A DNA stretch of 64,000 nucleotides, from NCBI RefSeq assembly GCF_036321535.1, contig NC_087436.1:90832001-90896000 (forward strand), written 5' to 3'. The DNA is from Camelus dromedarius (lineage: Eukaryota). A program made the position numbers and the translations under genes. The notes under the pieces were generated by a model. It had not been told where the DNA came from. It saw only the letters and a list, made by a program, of their open reading frames with translations, and did no database searches. Shown here in pieces: positions 52,019 to 64,000 of the stretch (positions within the stretch are counted from its first letter, which is position 1; each line of letters opens with the position of its first letter).

Positions 52019-53369
52019 AAGTACAAAGCCAATTCACTCAATGATCAATTTTCTGAATGCCAATTCTTTAGTTGCGGGCTGTCCTTTTTCTCTCCTCCTT
52101 CCTTGAATCTGATTTTGCTCTTTCATATACAAATGAGTGGACTTGAACTGAAACCAGGTAGCTGCCCCTCTATTTTTTTCACATTTATGACCTGCACCTG
52201 CCTTAGAAGCTCTCAAATCTTCAAACAGGTTTCAGACAGTTTGTGGCAGCTATTTCATGCCAAACTATAGAAAGGGGAGTAAAGGCAGACAAGACATGAA
52301 GACAGGAGATAAGAGATGACAGTAAACTTTCTTTAAATGAAAGTTCATGCATTTTCATATAAAACATCCTCACAGGGAAAAGACTCGAGGACAGTGCAGC
52401 AGCAGAGGATGGGGCCAGACCACATAAGAAGAAAGCTAAATCTTCAAGAAGTTCTTAGAAAAGAGTTTTAGAAAATGCTTCCTCATTTGAAATCAAAATA
52501 TGACTCCCTGTGACGTCTGTACCTCCATGTGAGTATAGGGGAAAAAATAAATACTTAAAAAAAAAAAAAACCTCTTTTTAAAAGTTTCTACTAGATTAAA
52601 ATTTTAGTAACTATTGGTGATTTTTAAAAATTCTTTTTCTAGATTCCTCTTTTTTTATGGGGTACATTTGCATGATAATGCTTTAAAAAATGTCCCAAAC
52701 CTTTACTGCATAATGTAATATGTATGGCTTACTCTGTGGAGCACATATTGTATATCTACTTACGTCTCTCTTGTTTATCTTGTGATGAAAGTGATGACAT
52801 TTTGCTAAGATTTACTTTGAGATCTAATTGGCAAATATATTTCACACTTCATTTAGTCTTTTATGAAATGTGGCAAGGCTTTTGGTTTTTTGTTTGTTTT
52901 CTTTTACTTTTTTTTGAAAAATGTTTATAGTATGCCTTGCCCTGAAGAGACCTTATATTTCAGAAAATCACACAGAAAACTAAAAGATATAACAACCCAA
53001 TATCAACAAAATAACTGCAACGTGGATGTTTGAGGTTTTCTTGGATGGCTAAATGACAAAGAAAAATAAATTTACTACTCTGATTTTATTCTTCAAGAGA
53101 GTAACCATATTTCACACTATAAAAGTAGTACTTTGCTACAGCAAAGCCATAATCCCATAATCAGACATTATTTTCTTCACTTTTAAATGATGGTCTTTAA
53201 AACTCTAATCATGTAATTTGGGGATTGCTTGATTTACTTACTGCTAATTACAAGCAAGCCCTTTAATAATTTAAATGTTTCCTGATTTTTAAAAAAATCT
53301 GGCATTTAATAACATGGAAATTTCTGTACTTCTAGTTTTGTTGGGATGTTGTGCAATTTCAAACAGCAT

Positions 53370-53990
53370 AACATTAAAGAGCAATATAGTGGGAAAAATA
53401 TTTGCAATAAATATAATAAACCACAACCATATCTTCCAGAAGAATGTAGCATTCAGGCAGTTCACAAGAGGAGAATGACAAATGATTAATAAACATGTGG
53501 AGAAATGTTCCTCTTAGAACCAAATGTACAATAAAGTAGTCTAACACCATTTAAGCCCAGCAATTTGACAAAGATTATTAAAATTTTGATATTTACTGTT
53601 CAATAGGATGCAATAAACTGGCTGGAAGAAATTTAAATTGAAATAAGCTCTTTAGAATACTGTGGCTAAGTATGTCAAGAGTCTTAGAATTATTCATATC
53701 CTTTGATATAGCAATTCAATCTCTAGTAATTCATCCAAAGGAAAAACCGGACTGCGAGCACAAGGATGATCATAGCAGATATCTGTTAGTGTTAAATTAT
53801 TAAAATTTAAAATTTGTGGTAACCTAAATGCCCCAAACTTGGGGACTAACGTAAATTTAAAAGAGACTGTATCTGATGAAATGCCATGCAATCCAAAAAT
53901 CTCATTTTCCAAGACTAAATGATATGAGTCAATGCTCACACTTCATTGCTAAGTGAAAAAAGCAAAGAACAAAACAAAACAAAAACAAAG
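53370..53990 (+). mobile_element. Highly decayed LINE-1 (L1ME-like)
   Basis: Contains 'gggaaaaatatttgcaa', 'aataaacatgtggagaaatgttc', 'tagcaattcaatctctagtaatt' and 'aacctaaatgcccc'. Confidence 0.6.
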
Positions 53991-55513
53991 CCACATACGC
54001 AGTTTGACCAGCTTTGTGTAAGTACTCGCTCTCTTTCCTGAGTAATTCAGGTAGAAATCAATTGTCCTTAAAAGACTGTATTCTAAATTCGCACAGACTG
54101 GGTCAGAATACACAGTTGCAAAGGAAGGCCTCTGAAGGGCAGAGTGGGCCCCTGCCACCGACTGCCACCTGGGGAGAAGGACGCCCCCATGCCTTCTCTC
54201 ACTGAGATTTGTCACTTGGTTGAATATGTTGGCTTAAAAGGAGAATTCAAAAATATAAATGGACAGACGGGGAGGCTGACAGATGGATATTCTTTCACCA
54301 ATCTTCTTATGTATGACCAAAGCCTAGTCCTTATATAGGAGTCTGTTAAATGTAATTCAGTGCCTTCTTTATAAAGAAACCACATACAAAATAAAAGCTC
54401 TGTGGTTTCCAGTTGTAGGGTTCTTTAAAGCTAGAAGACCAGTTTAGAGTCTTTTTAAGTGTTTCTTATCCCTTTGTTTCCTAATAATTTACATTTGACT
54501 CACCCAATCTTAATTTGACAGAAATTTCTTTTTAGTGACTTCCATTATCATGTATTTTTAGCCTTAAAAATACAATAACTAATTTTTTTGTCTACTTAAG
54601 TCCCATTTATATACAGGGATTTAATTTTAATTTGAGTTACTATATACCAAAAATCTAAAATGTGTGGCAGTAGCTTAGTGATCAGATCAGATGGAGAGGA
54701 AAGTGAAATAAGAGGAAGGAATAATTACAATTTATTTAATAAAGTGCTCAACAGTTGGGAGAAAGAATAGCAAGACTAAACGTATCTCCAAATAGCCAAG
54801 TAAACACCAAACGCCACTGTGGAGCTGAAGCTTAACACATGATTAACTCTGAAGAATACAGATTATTAGCTCCAACACAGAGATTCACAGTAGGAAACCT
54901 ACAGACAGATATCCTTTGCTAACAGTGCTTATCGTTAACTGATAAACAGTTGAAGTTCCTTTCCAGGTTCAGGGAAAAGAATATGGGTTGTAATTTAGGA
55001 AAACTGCTACTTTTTAGAACATGCTGTTTTGTTTTTCTGCATATAATTTCCATTAAGGTCATAAATTGTCTCGATATCATATCTAGTGGGAATTTAGAAA
55101 ACACCATGTCCCCTCTATTTGCAGCCCCCTTTCTGTTCCCCACAGGCTACATGACTTTTAATCTAGTTATATACTATTTAGGGAAAAGCCAAGTAGAGAA
55201 AGGCAGAAGTAGATGGAAGGGAAACAGTGGAACTGTCACAAAGAAGGCTGGGTGAATTTATTCTCCTGCTTTGAAGACTCCAAAAAGAACACATGTGTGT
55301 TCTTGGTTGATCAAGGTGGGAGAGCCCAATTTAAGCTAACTACATCATATACAAAATAGCTTCTTAACCCAGGCACTTAAATGAGATATAAGGGTGATAC
55401 CAGGCATTAATGGCTATAAAATTTTACAATGAGTTTTCCTACAATAAAGACAAATTTATCATAGTTAAAAATTGGGTTTTAATGATATTTGTGTGGCTTT
55501 TTCATAAACTTTA

Positions 55514-56036
55514 TTGGGACAAAATTCTCCATGGGTGTCTCATGTTTCTTCATGTCTTATGAGCAGATTTACTGATAGATCTTTTCTGGGGCTATCTTTT
55601 GAAGGGTGTTTGGATAGCAAAGAGCCATGGAAGACAGATATATTGTCTCTGAAGCAGAGGGCAGATTTGTTTACTGTCTAGTATAATAAAGATAATATTT
55701 CCCTTTACAGCAAAGATTGGGCAGGTCTGCTTCATCCATCTTACAGAAGACTGGGGCTTCCTAAGCTTGGGGTTCCTCAGCTGTGATGCAAATGCACTAC
55801 CTGCAGAGCATGTACCAGGGCCCCCTCTACACTGCTCCTGTGGGGCTTGGTGAAGGGTGGGGAAAGGAATCAGGAGCAAACTAAAACTCAGGCTGTCTGC
55901 CATGCCTAGAGTAATAAAGTCCTTTGTCTCTGACCCAAGAGTTTCATGTCTCCTGTTTCAGTATCCGTGAAACTGCTGTAGGCTGACATGTTAGTTTGCA
56001 AATAGGATAAAATTTCAAACCCTTCCAAGTTCTTAC
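55514..56036 (+). mobile_element. ERV-L-class solo LTR (MER76-like)
   Basis: 'aattctccatgggtgtctcatgtttct...gctatcttttgaagggtgtttggatagc...gagtaataaagtcctttgtctctgaccca'. Confidence 0.65.
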
Positions 56037-57559
56037 TAAGTTCTGAATTTAAAATTAAGGTTTTAGCACATATGACCTCATCTGCCTGTAAACAGTGCTC
56101 TGTATTAGTAACACCTCTTAATATTACCAGGTGGGCAATATAAATACATTGATTCAGAAGTTTTCTAGTTTTAGTAGATTCACTGGAATGTAAACTTCAA
56201 AGATGATAGTTTCTTTTCTGAAATATGACTAGCTGGACAGTCAAAAATAAGAATCCTGATGGAATTTTTCTTTGATATCATTTTCCAGCAGGAGACTTGG
56301 AGTTTTGAAAAACCATATGTTCACTTTGATAGTTCTGTGAACTTTTAAATCTCCAGCATTCAGAGAAAAGAATTGGCAAAAAAGAAGGGTAGTTTGGCCA
56401 TCCTTACCTGGGTCCAACTGCAAAGGGACTGTCACCTAGCTCATACCTCTGAAAACTCTTCTCTCTGGTCCCAGTTCAGATCCCTGGCAAGCTGTGTACG
56501 GTTTGTCATAAAATGGACATCGCTCCAGTCAAGGCGCACGTGCACTGCCAAGAATAAAAGATAAGTTTGATGACATTTTAACTTTTGTTTCCCATATTCA
56601 GCTGAAACTGGGGTTTGGGGATGAAACGTGCATTCCCCATTCAGGGCATTCACAAATCCTTGAACGGATTCATCTTGAGCCATAAACATCTCACCTATAT
56701 TCCTGCTACTGCATCCTAATTTAGCTTCCTGATCTCACCACTGCCTTCCAACAATTTAGTCTACAGTCAGCCACCACATAATTTTAAACTTTCTATAAAA
56801 AAAATGACTACTTTGAGTACATATTCCATAATTCTTAAGTGGCTCTTAATCAACAAACCTGTACAGTACGTTAAATCCATTCAGTTTCTTTGGCATACGT
56901 TTGGTGCACATACAAGGAAGGAATATTGCTCAGGGTTAAACATTCTATTAGGACTTAACTGAGTTTTTATATATGGCTGAAGTGAGCGTTGGTTTACACC
57001 TGCTTTCAGAACATTCCAAGGTGAAATCATTGTGCCTCTGCTCTCTGGTTAAAATGTGTGAACCTCAGTTGCACATCCATTCAGATGCTGGGTCCAGCTC
57101 CAAATTACATTTTAGCTGGAATGTTGCTATTTCCCACAGGTAGCCTCTACCCATCTCAGTGCAGAGATAGAGGCTTCCTGGGAAGACGTGTTTTCATCGA
57201 ACTTCTCAACTTTAAATCTTCTAGCCCTTTCAAAACACATGTTTTGCACTTAATCAACAATCAAAAAAAGCTGTACTCCTAGTACTGGTCAAAGAGTAAA
57301 ACTGAAAAGTCACTGCTGATCAATAGCTATCACAAATAAGCTGGACAAACTATTACAAATAGTTGTCTGAAGAACAGGTGGTCCATTTATTTATCTACTT
57401 GAAAGTATCTCCCAGAATTGAATCTGATCATTGAAGAACTCAGAAACTTTTAGCTGGCTCAAAGCTTTATTGTGAGATAAATTTGGTGTTAGGCAATTAT
57501 TCTATTTTGTTATCATTTTTAAAAAATAATAATAATGAGCTATATTTCAGCAATAATGA

Positions 57560-57790
57560 TAGCTTATTATTATGTGTTGGCTCTGTGCCAGGTACTAAGA
57601 ATCACGTGCATGAGATTACATTTAGTCCTCACCGCACACATTTGAGTTAACAACTATTGTTTTCCCTACTTGAACAATGAGGAAGCAAGGCCACAAGGAG
57701 ATTGAGGAATTTGCTTAAGGTCACTCAGCATGTCAATGGTGGTAGGAAAACTTGAGCCCAATTTTCAGAACCCATTCCTTTAATCAGTAC
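57560..57790 (-). mobile_element. MIR SINE
   Basis: 'tgtgccaggtact...catttagtcctcac...atgaggaagcaaggccaca...ttgcttaaggtcactcagc'. Confidence 0.75.
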
Positions 57791-58448
57791 AGAAACTACT
57801 ACTTCTGTAATGACTTTCAGGAGATCATGAAGAATATTTTTTATTACATGAGGACCCATGGAAGAACTAGCTCTTTCATCTCAGTAAAAAGAAAGTGTCA
57901 TTCTCCTTTGGAGCCAGAAATTCTTCCCAATTTTCTAGACCTTGTAAATTTTGTCAGTGATAATTTATTCATTTTTTGTATTGCTTTTTAAAAATTTGAA
58001 CCCATAGTCATTCATATCTGAGAAATTGACAACTTTAGACACATATGTATTGAGTTTGAATGTCATCACACTTTCCTTTTGTCTGTTAAATATAAATATA
58101 AATACATTTATAATCAGTATTATATTAGTAAGCAGAAATATATTGACACACACACACATAGAGAGAGAGATAGAGACATAGATGTGATGTCTCAAAGACA
58201 TTTAGCTAATTGGTGATTGTCAGGGACCTAAGTTGCTGGTCTCCAAACTCTCTTTCTATTGTGCTATCCTGTATTATTTCTTGATGGAGAAGAGGAAGAC
58301 AAAAAAAAGAAAAGAAAAGAAAAGAAAACAAAGAAAATTAAGACAAAACATGCCTCCAAAGAGTTGAGAAAACACCAGAGACCACAACTGTGGATTATTA
58401 CACAGTTAATTCTGAAAAATTAGGATCATTAACTGCAACTATCTAGCA

Positions 58449-58479
58449 CGTGTGTGTGTGTGTATGTGTGTGTGTGTGT
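58449..58479. repeat. (TG)n microsatellite
   Basis: Directly visible. Confidence 0.9.
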
Positions 58480-60762
58480 ATACATTTGTAGAAGAGAAGG
58501 AAGGAAGGAAGAAAAAAATTTAAGTCATTTGTTAAATTTTAAATATCTCTTCTTATCTCATTTTGTGGTTAAGATGAATTGAGATTTCACTTAAGAAACT
58601 GAATCATTTAATATCATGTCTGCCCAGTCCCTCTGCAAAGAGGATTTCTCTGTTATGCCTATGTTACCATTGTTCACCCTCTGTAAATCCACACTTCTTG
58701 TCACTGGAATTGTACCAGGAGTGAGCACCTGACCCCAAGGTAGCCCATCCGTCAGTGTGTACATGACTCATGGCCAGGGGAAGTGATAATTTTGCTAAGC
58801 AGACTTGTCTCCCTTAGTCAATGGAACAGGGAATATTGAGAGACTATGTTGGTTAGCAATGGATCTAAGGGTAAAACATATCATGTGATGGTGTCAGGAT
58901 GTGGCAAGCAGAAGTAGATGAAGACTGAAGAGGGGTGTTAGCAGGGGCACATGGGACTTTACTTTCTATGAAGTGACAATGAAATCCAGATGGAGTTGTA
59001 TTGTTCAGTTCTCACTCACATGGAAGTTACTTGCCGGGTTTGTGAATAGATCCCCCTTCCCTCACCTAAAACGGGCCACCTGCAGGCAGCTGAGGAAAAA
59101 CAGAAGTACACAGGAAGCACAGAAAAGAGAGGAAGTCAGTCAGCCCAGAAAGAGAGAGGCAGGCAGAATGGAGAGAAAACAGAGGCCAATCCAGACTGTT
59201 TCTATGCCTCACATTTTGCTGAGTGATTCTCCTTCAGTTCTCTGAAATAAATGGCTTAACACAGAAACAGAAAATTGTAATATCTTTCTGGAAAATTCTG
59301 ATTTACCAGATTTGGGAACATGTGTTAAACTATTAACCTATATTTGCAACTTATTGTGAGTTAGTTTATAAGGTAATTATTTTTCCAAGAACAAGGGACT
59401 GACAGAACTAACTGACAGTTAACAGGAGTTTAACCAAGAGCAACGTTAACCTCGGAGAAACATGAGATTCCTAGGTGAGATTCCACAGCAGATCATCATC
59501 CAGGCAGAAAAATGCACAAGAGTACTCAAAAGATGAGAGAGAGAATTCAAGATTTAAACATCAGGAAAGCATTGGCACACGAGCTCCAATGCCATCGGCT
59601 CCTGTCTCCATTGGGAGTCTGCTTCTCTGTCCGGATCTTCCTCTTGTATGACCATCCCACAGACAAGCACATCTTCACAGTCCATGTGATGTAACAAGCA
59701 ACCAATAACCCATGGGCCCCCTGTATTATAATCTTGGAACTGAGGATAAATTGACTCCAGCGTTCACCTATATTCCTGGGCAATGAACTCAATAGCCCAA
59801 ATGGGTCAAGATCTCATCTCTGGTCCAACCAACAGCGACAATGGAAAGTAAAACTGTGTAGCAATAATCGGCAACTCTTACTGCACCCATGTAAATGGAG
59901 GGGGAGAGGGTTCCTAGAGAAGAGCTTTTCAATCAAGGACACAATAGCTGGATACTAAAGGATACAATGCAACTAGCAAATATAATTAGAGTCCGCATGG
60001 AACCCACCCTATTCTCTTTATCTCGAAAGCAATTCAGGCAGTCCTCTTCCTCACTCTCTGTACTCACCGTGATACATTCTGCCCAGTTCACTTAGATGCT
60101 GTGCGATATATGGAGGCTGCTAATAATATTTAAAGGAATTGATTGCACTTATTTTATAGTGATGGCAAAGTCAATAAGAAACTCTTTTAAAAATAATTTA
60201 GCAATGTTTATCAAGAACAATTGTTATCAGGCATATGTTTTCTCTCTAAATCTTTATAGAGAAAAAATAAGAAAATAAAAATAAGAAAAAATAGAAATAG
60301 AAATGTTTAAAATAAGAAAATAATAATAAAAGGGAATAAAAGCTAAACAATGGTGAACATATTGGTATTACTGGCTCCCTTCCCCACTCACTTTCCATTG
60401 TCTCACAAGGAGCCTCAGTAATTTCTCTTCTGTATCTTTCACATACTTCTGCACTTTCTCGGAAGTTTGGTCTTGGCTGAAGTTTTAATGTCACCCTGTA
60501 CCTCAGGCTTTTGACGTATATTTTTACAAAACCACTTATTCTCTAAAAAGGGATTTTAGTGCCTGTTCTTAATATTATTTGTGATTACAAAAGATCGATA
60601 AAACTTAACTGTCAAATACTACAGAAACAGGCAGTCATAGCCACTACTGAGGTTATTTTAAAACTAACAGGGACATGATTGCTGATTCTCATAAACAAAT
60701 GTTGGAACGAAATGCTGGTGTGAATTCAAAACCGCATCTTTGCAGTGATTACAATTACTTAC

Positions 60763-60776
60763 ATATGACATGGGTG
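60763..60776 (-). other. Candidate 14-nt microexon CACCCATGTCATAT of an unidentified minus-strand gene
   Basis: The minus strand reads tttttaattag-ttttttttttgttttttccttcttccttcaAG|CACCCATGTCATAT|GTAAGTaatt. It has a long polypyrimidine tract, a consensus donor and repeat-free flanks. Confidence 0.55.
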
Positions 60777-61577
60777 CTTGAAGGAAGAAGGAAAAAACAA
60801 AAAAAAAAACTAATTAAAAATGGTTTAACAGTGGATTTTTGAGTGAATATGTTTCTTTCAGGATTGTTGCTCTTATTATCATTTTCTTTGCCTAATAAAT
60901 ACATTTAAATGAAAAAAGTGGCAGACAAGGAGTTACAAACAAGACAGAGTAAGTCATTTACCCAGAGCCTTGAGTCACCATGGATCGCTTGGGTCGGGAG
61001 ACCCTCAGGGAGCCTCAGGGCTCCTCCCCTGCCCCCTCCCACCACACACTCCACAAATTGGCCAGAGTGCTGCAAGGGACATTTGCATCAAAAATTTTAG
61101 ATCATCTTCTGAAGGAACAGAAATGTTTCTACTCATTACCCACAAATTCCTCCTTTTCTTTCTAATCCTAGGGAAGTAATTCCTCTAGACATCCCAGTAA
61201 GTTTCTAAACATGTGCGTCCCCTTGAATGCCATTTTTCTGACTTACCAAAGCACTGTATAGAAAAATGCATAACAAGTTTTAGCAATTTATTCCCCACAT
61301 TTAGACTGATAGTGGCCAAATATCTTGAAATTTTCAGACCTGGAACATTAAGATTCCTGTTTGGTAGCCCTTCCAATACAACCTCCTTCACGTGTATTGA
61401 TAGGAAGCAATTTTACCTCCTAAACTCCAGCTTAATACTCCTCCTTGGATACAAAAGCATACACCTCTACAAAGCTAAGATAAAATGAACCCTGTGTGCA
61501 CTGATATGACTAAAACGTCAAAACCAGAATTTAAACACTGCTTCTTTTAAGATGATATCTGATTCAATTGCCCCATC

Positions 61578-61668
61578 ATTATTTTATTTTATTTTATTTT
61601 ATTTTATTTTATTTTATTTTATTTTATTTTATTTTATTTTATTTTGTTTTGTTTTGTTTTGTTTTATT
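61578..61668. repeat. (ATTTT)n/(GTTTT)n pentanucleotide repeat
   Basis: Directly visible. Confidence 0.95.
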
Positions 61669-62488
61669 TCAACTTACTTTATTTTTGCTGTTCCTCTTTT
61701 GATAGATAATGGGAAAAGGGAGGAAGGGAGGAGAAAGGATACAAGCCTGCACTTACTGAGCAGAGAAATAGAACCAAAATAACTTCAGCTATTGTATTCT
61801 TTGTCATCAAAGGACCTTTCCACCACCACCAAAGGTGATTTTGTTTCAGGCTGAGAACAATTTGTCTCCATTTGCTTTAGAAGATTCTCTTGCTTTAAGT
61901 AAGTGGGGCTGTGGGTGGAGGTGGACACTCTGTTCTGAATGTTCTTGGGCAAAATTACAGATTTTAGGTTAAATGAACCTAGGAACATACCCAGCACTCT
62001 TCTGCATTTAGCATATTAAACAAAGAGAAAGAAAACACAGGTAACATTTTTTTTTATAGCTTCACATGCTTCTCCTCTTTGGCAGTGGTTTTTCTAGTAG
62101 CCTCAATTCATTTTTAAACTCCAAAAAAAAATACCAAGGACAGGTGAGCCTATAATCTTGCATCACAAGCCAGTGAATTTACTTGGAACAAAGTTTTTAG
62201 TATAGGCTGGTTGTGTTTTGTGATGCGAGGCTATAGAAGTGTCCCTGACACAGTCAACTCTCCCTTTCTTGGAGAATGGAAGCCTTCAGTAGCTGAGGTA
62301 GTTAGTCTACAGCTGTGCTCCTTCGGAGACATTAACACTGTAACCCTTAATACACTGTCTTATGCCTGGACTAACCTCTGAAGCAATCTCTGTGACAGGA
62401 GGCACCAAGTTACCACGATAAGCTAAAACAACTCTGGAGGATGTAAAAAGATTAACACCCCATTCCCGTCTCCCCAGACTGCCTGGCT

Positions 62489-62508
62489 GGCACATTATGT
62501 TCTGAGAA
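62489..62508. promoter_or_regulatory. Overlapping steroid-receptor (GRE/ARE) and STAT5-type GAS motifs
   Basis: GGCACAttaTGTTCT (62489-62503) overlaps TTCTGAGAA (62500-62508). This is a motif match only. Confidence 0.35.
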
Positions 62509-62665
62509 ATGAGCTGGGAAAACAACCATAACTTGTAATAAATTTTCAATGAATGAATGGAAAATCCACCAGGTACCACTAAATAAATAATTGTATTTAT
62601 CTGGGCAATATTTTTAACCAATTTATTTTGGAAGGTACTCTGCTTTCTAAATTTCTGAACAGATT

Positions 62666-63320
62666 ATTTTTTTCTTTTTTAATTGAGGTAAAATACACAG
62701 ACATAAGATTTACCATTTTAACCATTTCAAGCCTCCAATTCCGTGGGATTAAATACATTCACAATACTGTACAACCATCACTCCTATCCATTTCTAGAAC
62801 TTTATACTTTGTACTCATTAAACGGAAACTCCCCATTTTCCCCTTCTCCCAGCCTCTGATAACCTCCGTTATACTTTCTACCTCTATAAATCTGCCTATT
62901 CTATGTAGCTCTTGTAAGTGGAATAATGTAATAGTTTTTAATCTGGCTTATTCCAAATTGCACAATGTTTTCCAGGTTTTGTCTATGTTGTAGCATGTAT
63001 CAGAATTCCACTCCTTTTTAGGCTGAATCATAGTCCATTGTATGTATATATCCAATTTTGTTTATCCATTCATTTAGTGATGGATATTTGAGTTGTTTCC
63101 ATTTTTTTTTGGTTATTGTGAATAATGTTGCTACGAATGTTGGTGCACATGTATCTGTTTTGGTTCCTGTTTTCAATTCTTTTGGGTTTATACGTAGACG
63201 TGGAATTGCCGGACCACATAGTAATTCTATGCTTGACTTTTTGAGGACCTGCCATTTTGTTTTCCATAGTCGCTGTGCCATTTTACATTCCTATCAGCAA
63301 TGCACAAGAGACCCAACTGT
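62666..63320 (-). mobile_element. LINE-1 3' end (L1MA/L1MB-like)
   Basis: The minus-strand ORF 63018-63281 reads LWKT.WQVLKK..IEL...PAIP...DTCAPTFVATLFTI.KKW. Poly-T lies at about 62666. Confidence 0.9.
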
Positions 63321-63819
63321 GCTTTACTTTTTAAATCTCACTCTCTCTTGCTGTCTCTCTCTCACACACACAACACACGCACACACACATACACACGAAG
63401 ACACAAACTTTCTTTGCCAAGCATTTTTGGAACATATTATCAGCATGATGCCAGGTGAGTCAAGAAAAAAATAAGCATTGTCAAACATTCTTTGTACAAA
63501 AAAAAAAAAAAAAAAAAAAAGTCCTGATAATACTAAGCAGTCACTGGCTATTCTGAAATTAAAATTTCATGTTAATTGCTTTGTATAAAAGAATATATTG
63601 TGTATCTGTCTAAATCATTTGCATCTGTAGGATCTATGTCTTTGTTTTATTCTTGTACATACTATTTTTGGATCCTCAGAATATAAAAAATGGAGTGTAT
63701 CAATAAGCATTAGTAAGTATGCCTTAGTGAACAGAATGCAAATACTGTGATCTATTTTAGTTACAATATGTGACAATACCAGGAAAGACAAAAACAATAT
63801 AATTATTATAGCTACAACT

Positions 63820-64000
63820 ATTTTAAAATACTTACTATGTGGTAAAAACTGGGGTAAGTGCTAAATAGACATTATCTGTGAATTTGAGACTGTTATACCT
63901 ATGCTAAGAATAAAGAAACTGAGACTCAAAGATGTTGGGGGAATTTGCTTCAAGTAAAAGAGTAAGTATGTGTCAGATTCAGACTAATCCTGGTCTTAAC
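63820..64000 (-). mobile_element. MIR SINE
   Basis: 'tacttactatgtgg...aagaaactgagactcaaagatg...ttgcttcaag'. Confidence 0.6.

Noticed and set aside
63058..63474. 138-aa ORF
   Set aside because: It is an antisense reading of an L1 plus a (CA)n tract.
1..64000. CRISPR array, operon, prokaryotic defence system, CpG-island promoter or intact retroviral gene
   Set aside because: There are no regularly spaced repeats, no long ORFs and no CpG-dense island. The sequence is repeat-rich mammalian non-coding DNA, and all retroelement frames are disrupted.

Overview
This is AT-rich mammalian genomic DNA, most likely camelid. The evidence is a tRNA-Ala(AGC)-derived SINE with a C-run/poly-A tail (Vic-1 type) and a young L1; I saw no Alu, Bov-tA/BovB or PRE-1 elements. 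There is no intact protein-coding ORF, no CpG island and no prokaryotic system. Most of the window is interspersed repeats: L1, L2, MIR, MaLR, ERV-L and ERV1 LTRs, and hAT and Tigger MITEs. L1 copies lie mostly on the + strand, which suggests an intron of a large minus-strand gene that I cannot name. The most notable structures are: (1) an alpha-tubulin (TUBA1B-like) processed pseudogene with its 5'UTR, split by a MER44 transposon that is itself split by MER8; (2) an ancient, internally deleted ERV-L-class provirus with two LTR16-like LTRs, a PBS and RT remnants; (3) a MER41-like solo LTR with a 4-bp TSD and STAT, NF-kB and octamer motifs; (4) a strong 14-nt microexon candidate on the minus strand, plus weaker exon candidates. 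Repeat family names come from recalled consensus sequences. Boundaries are approximate unless a TSD or TIR is cited.
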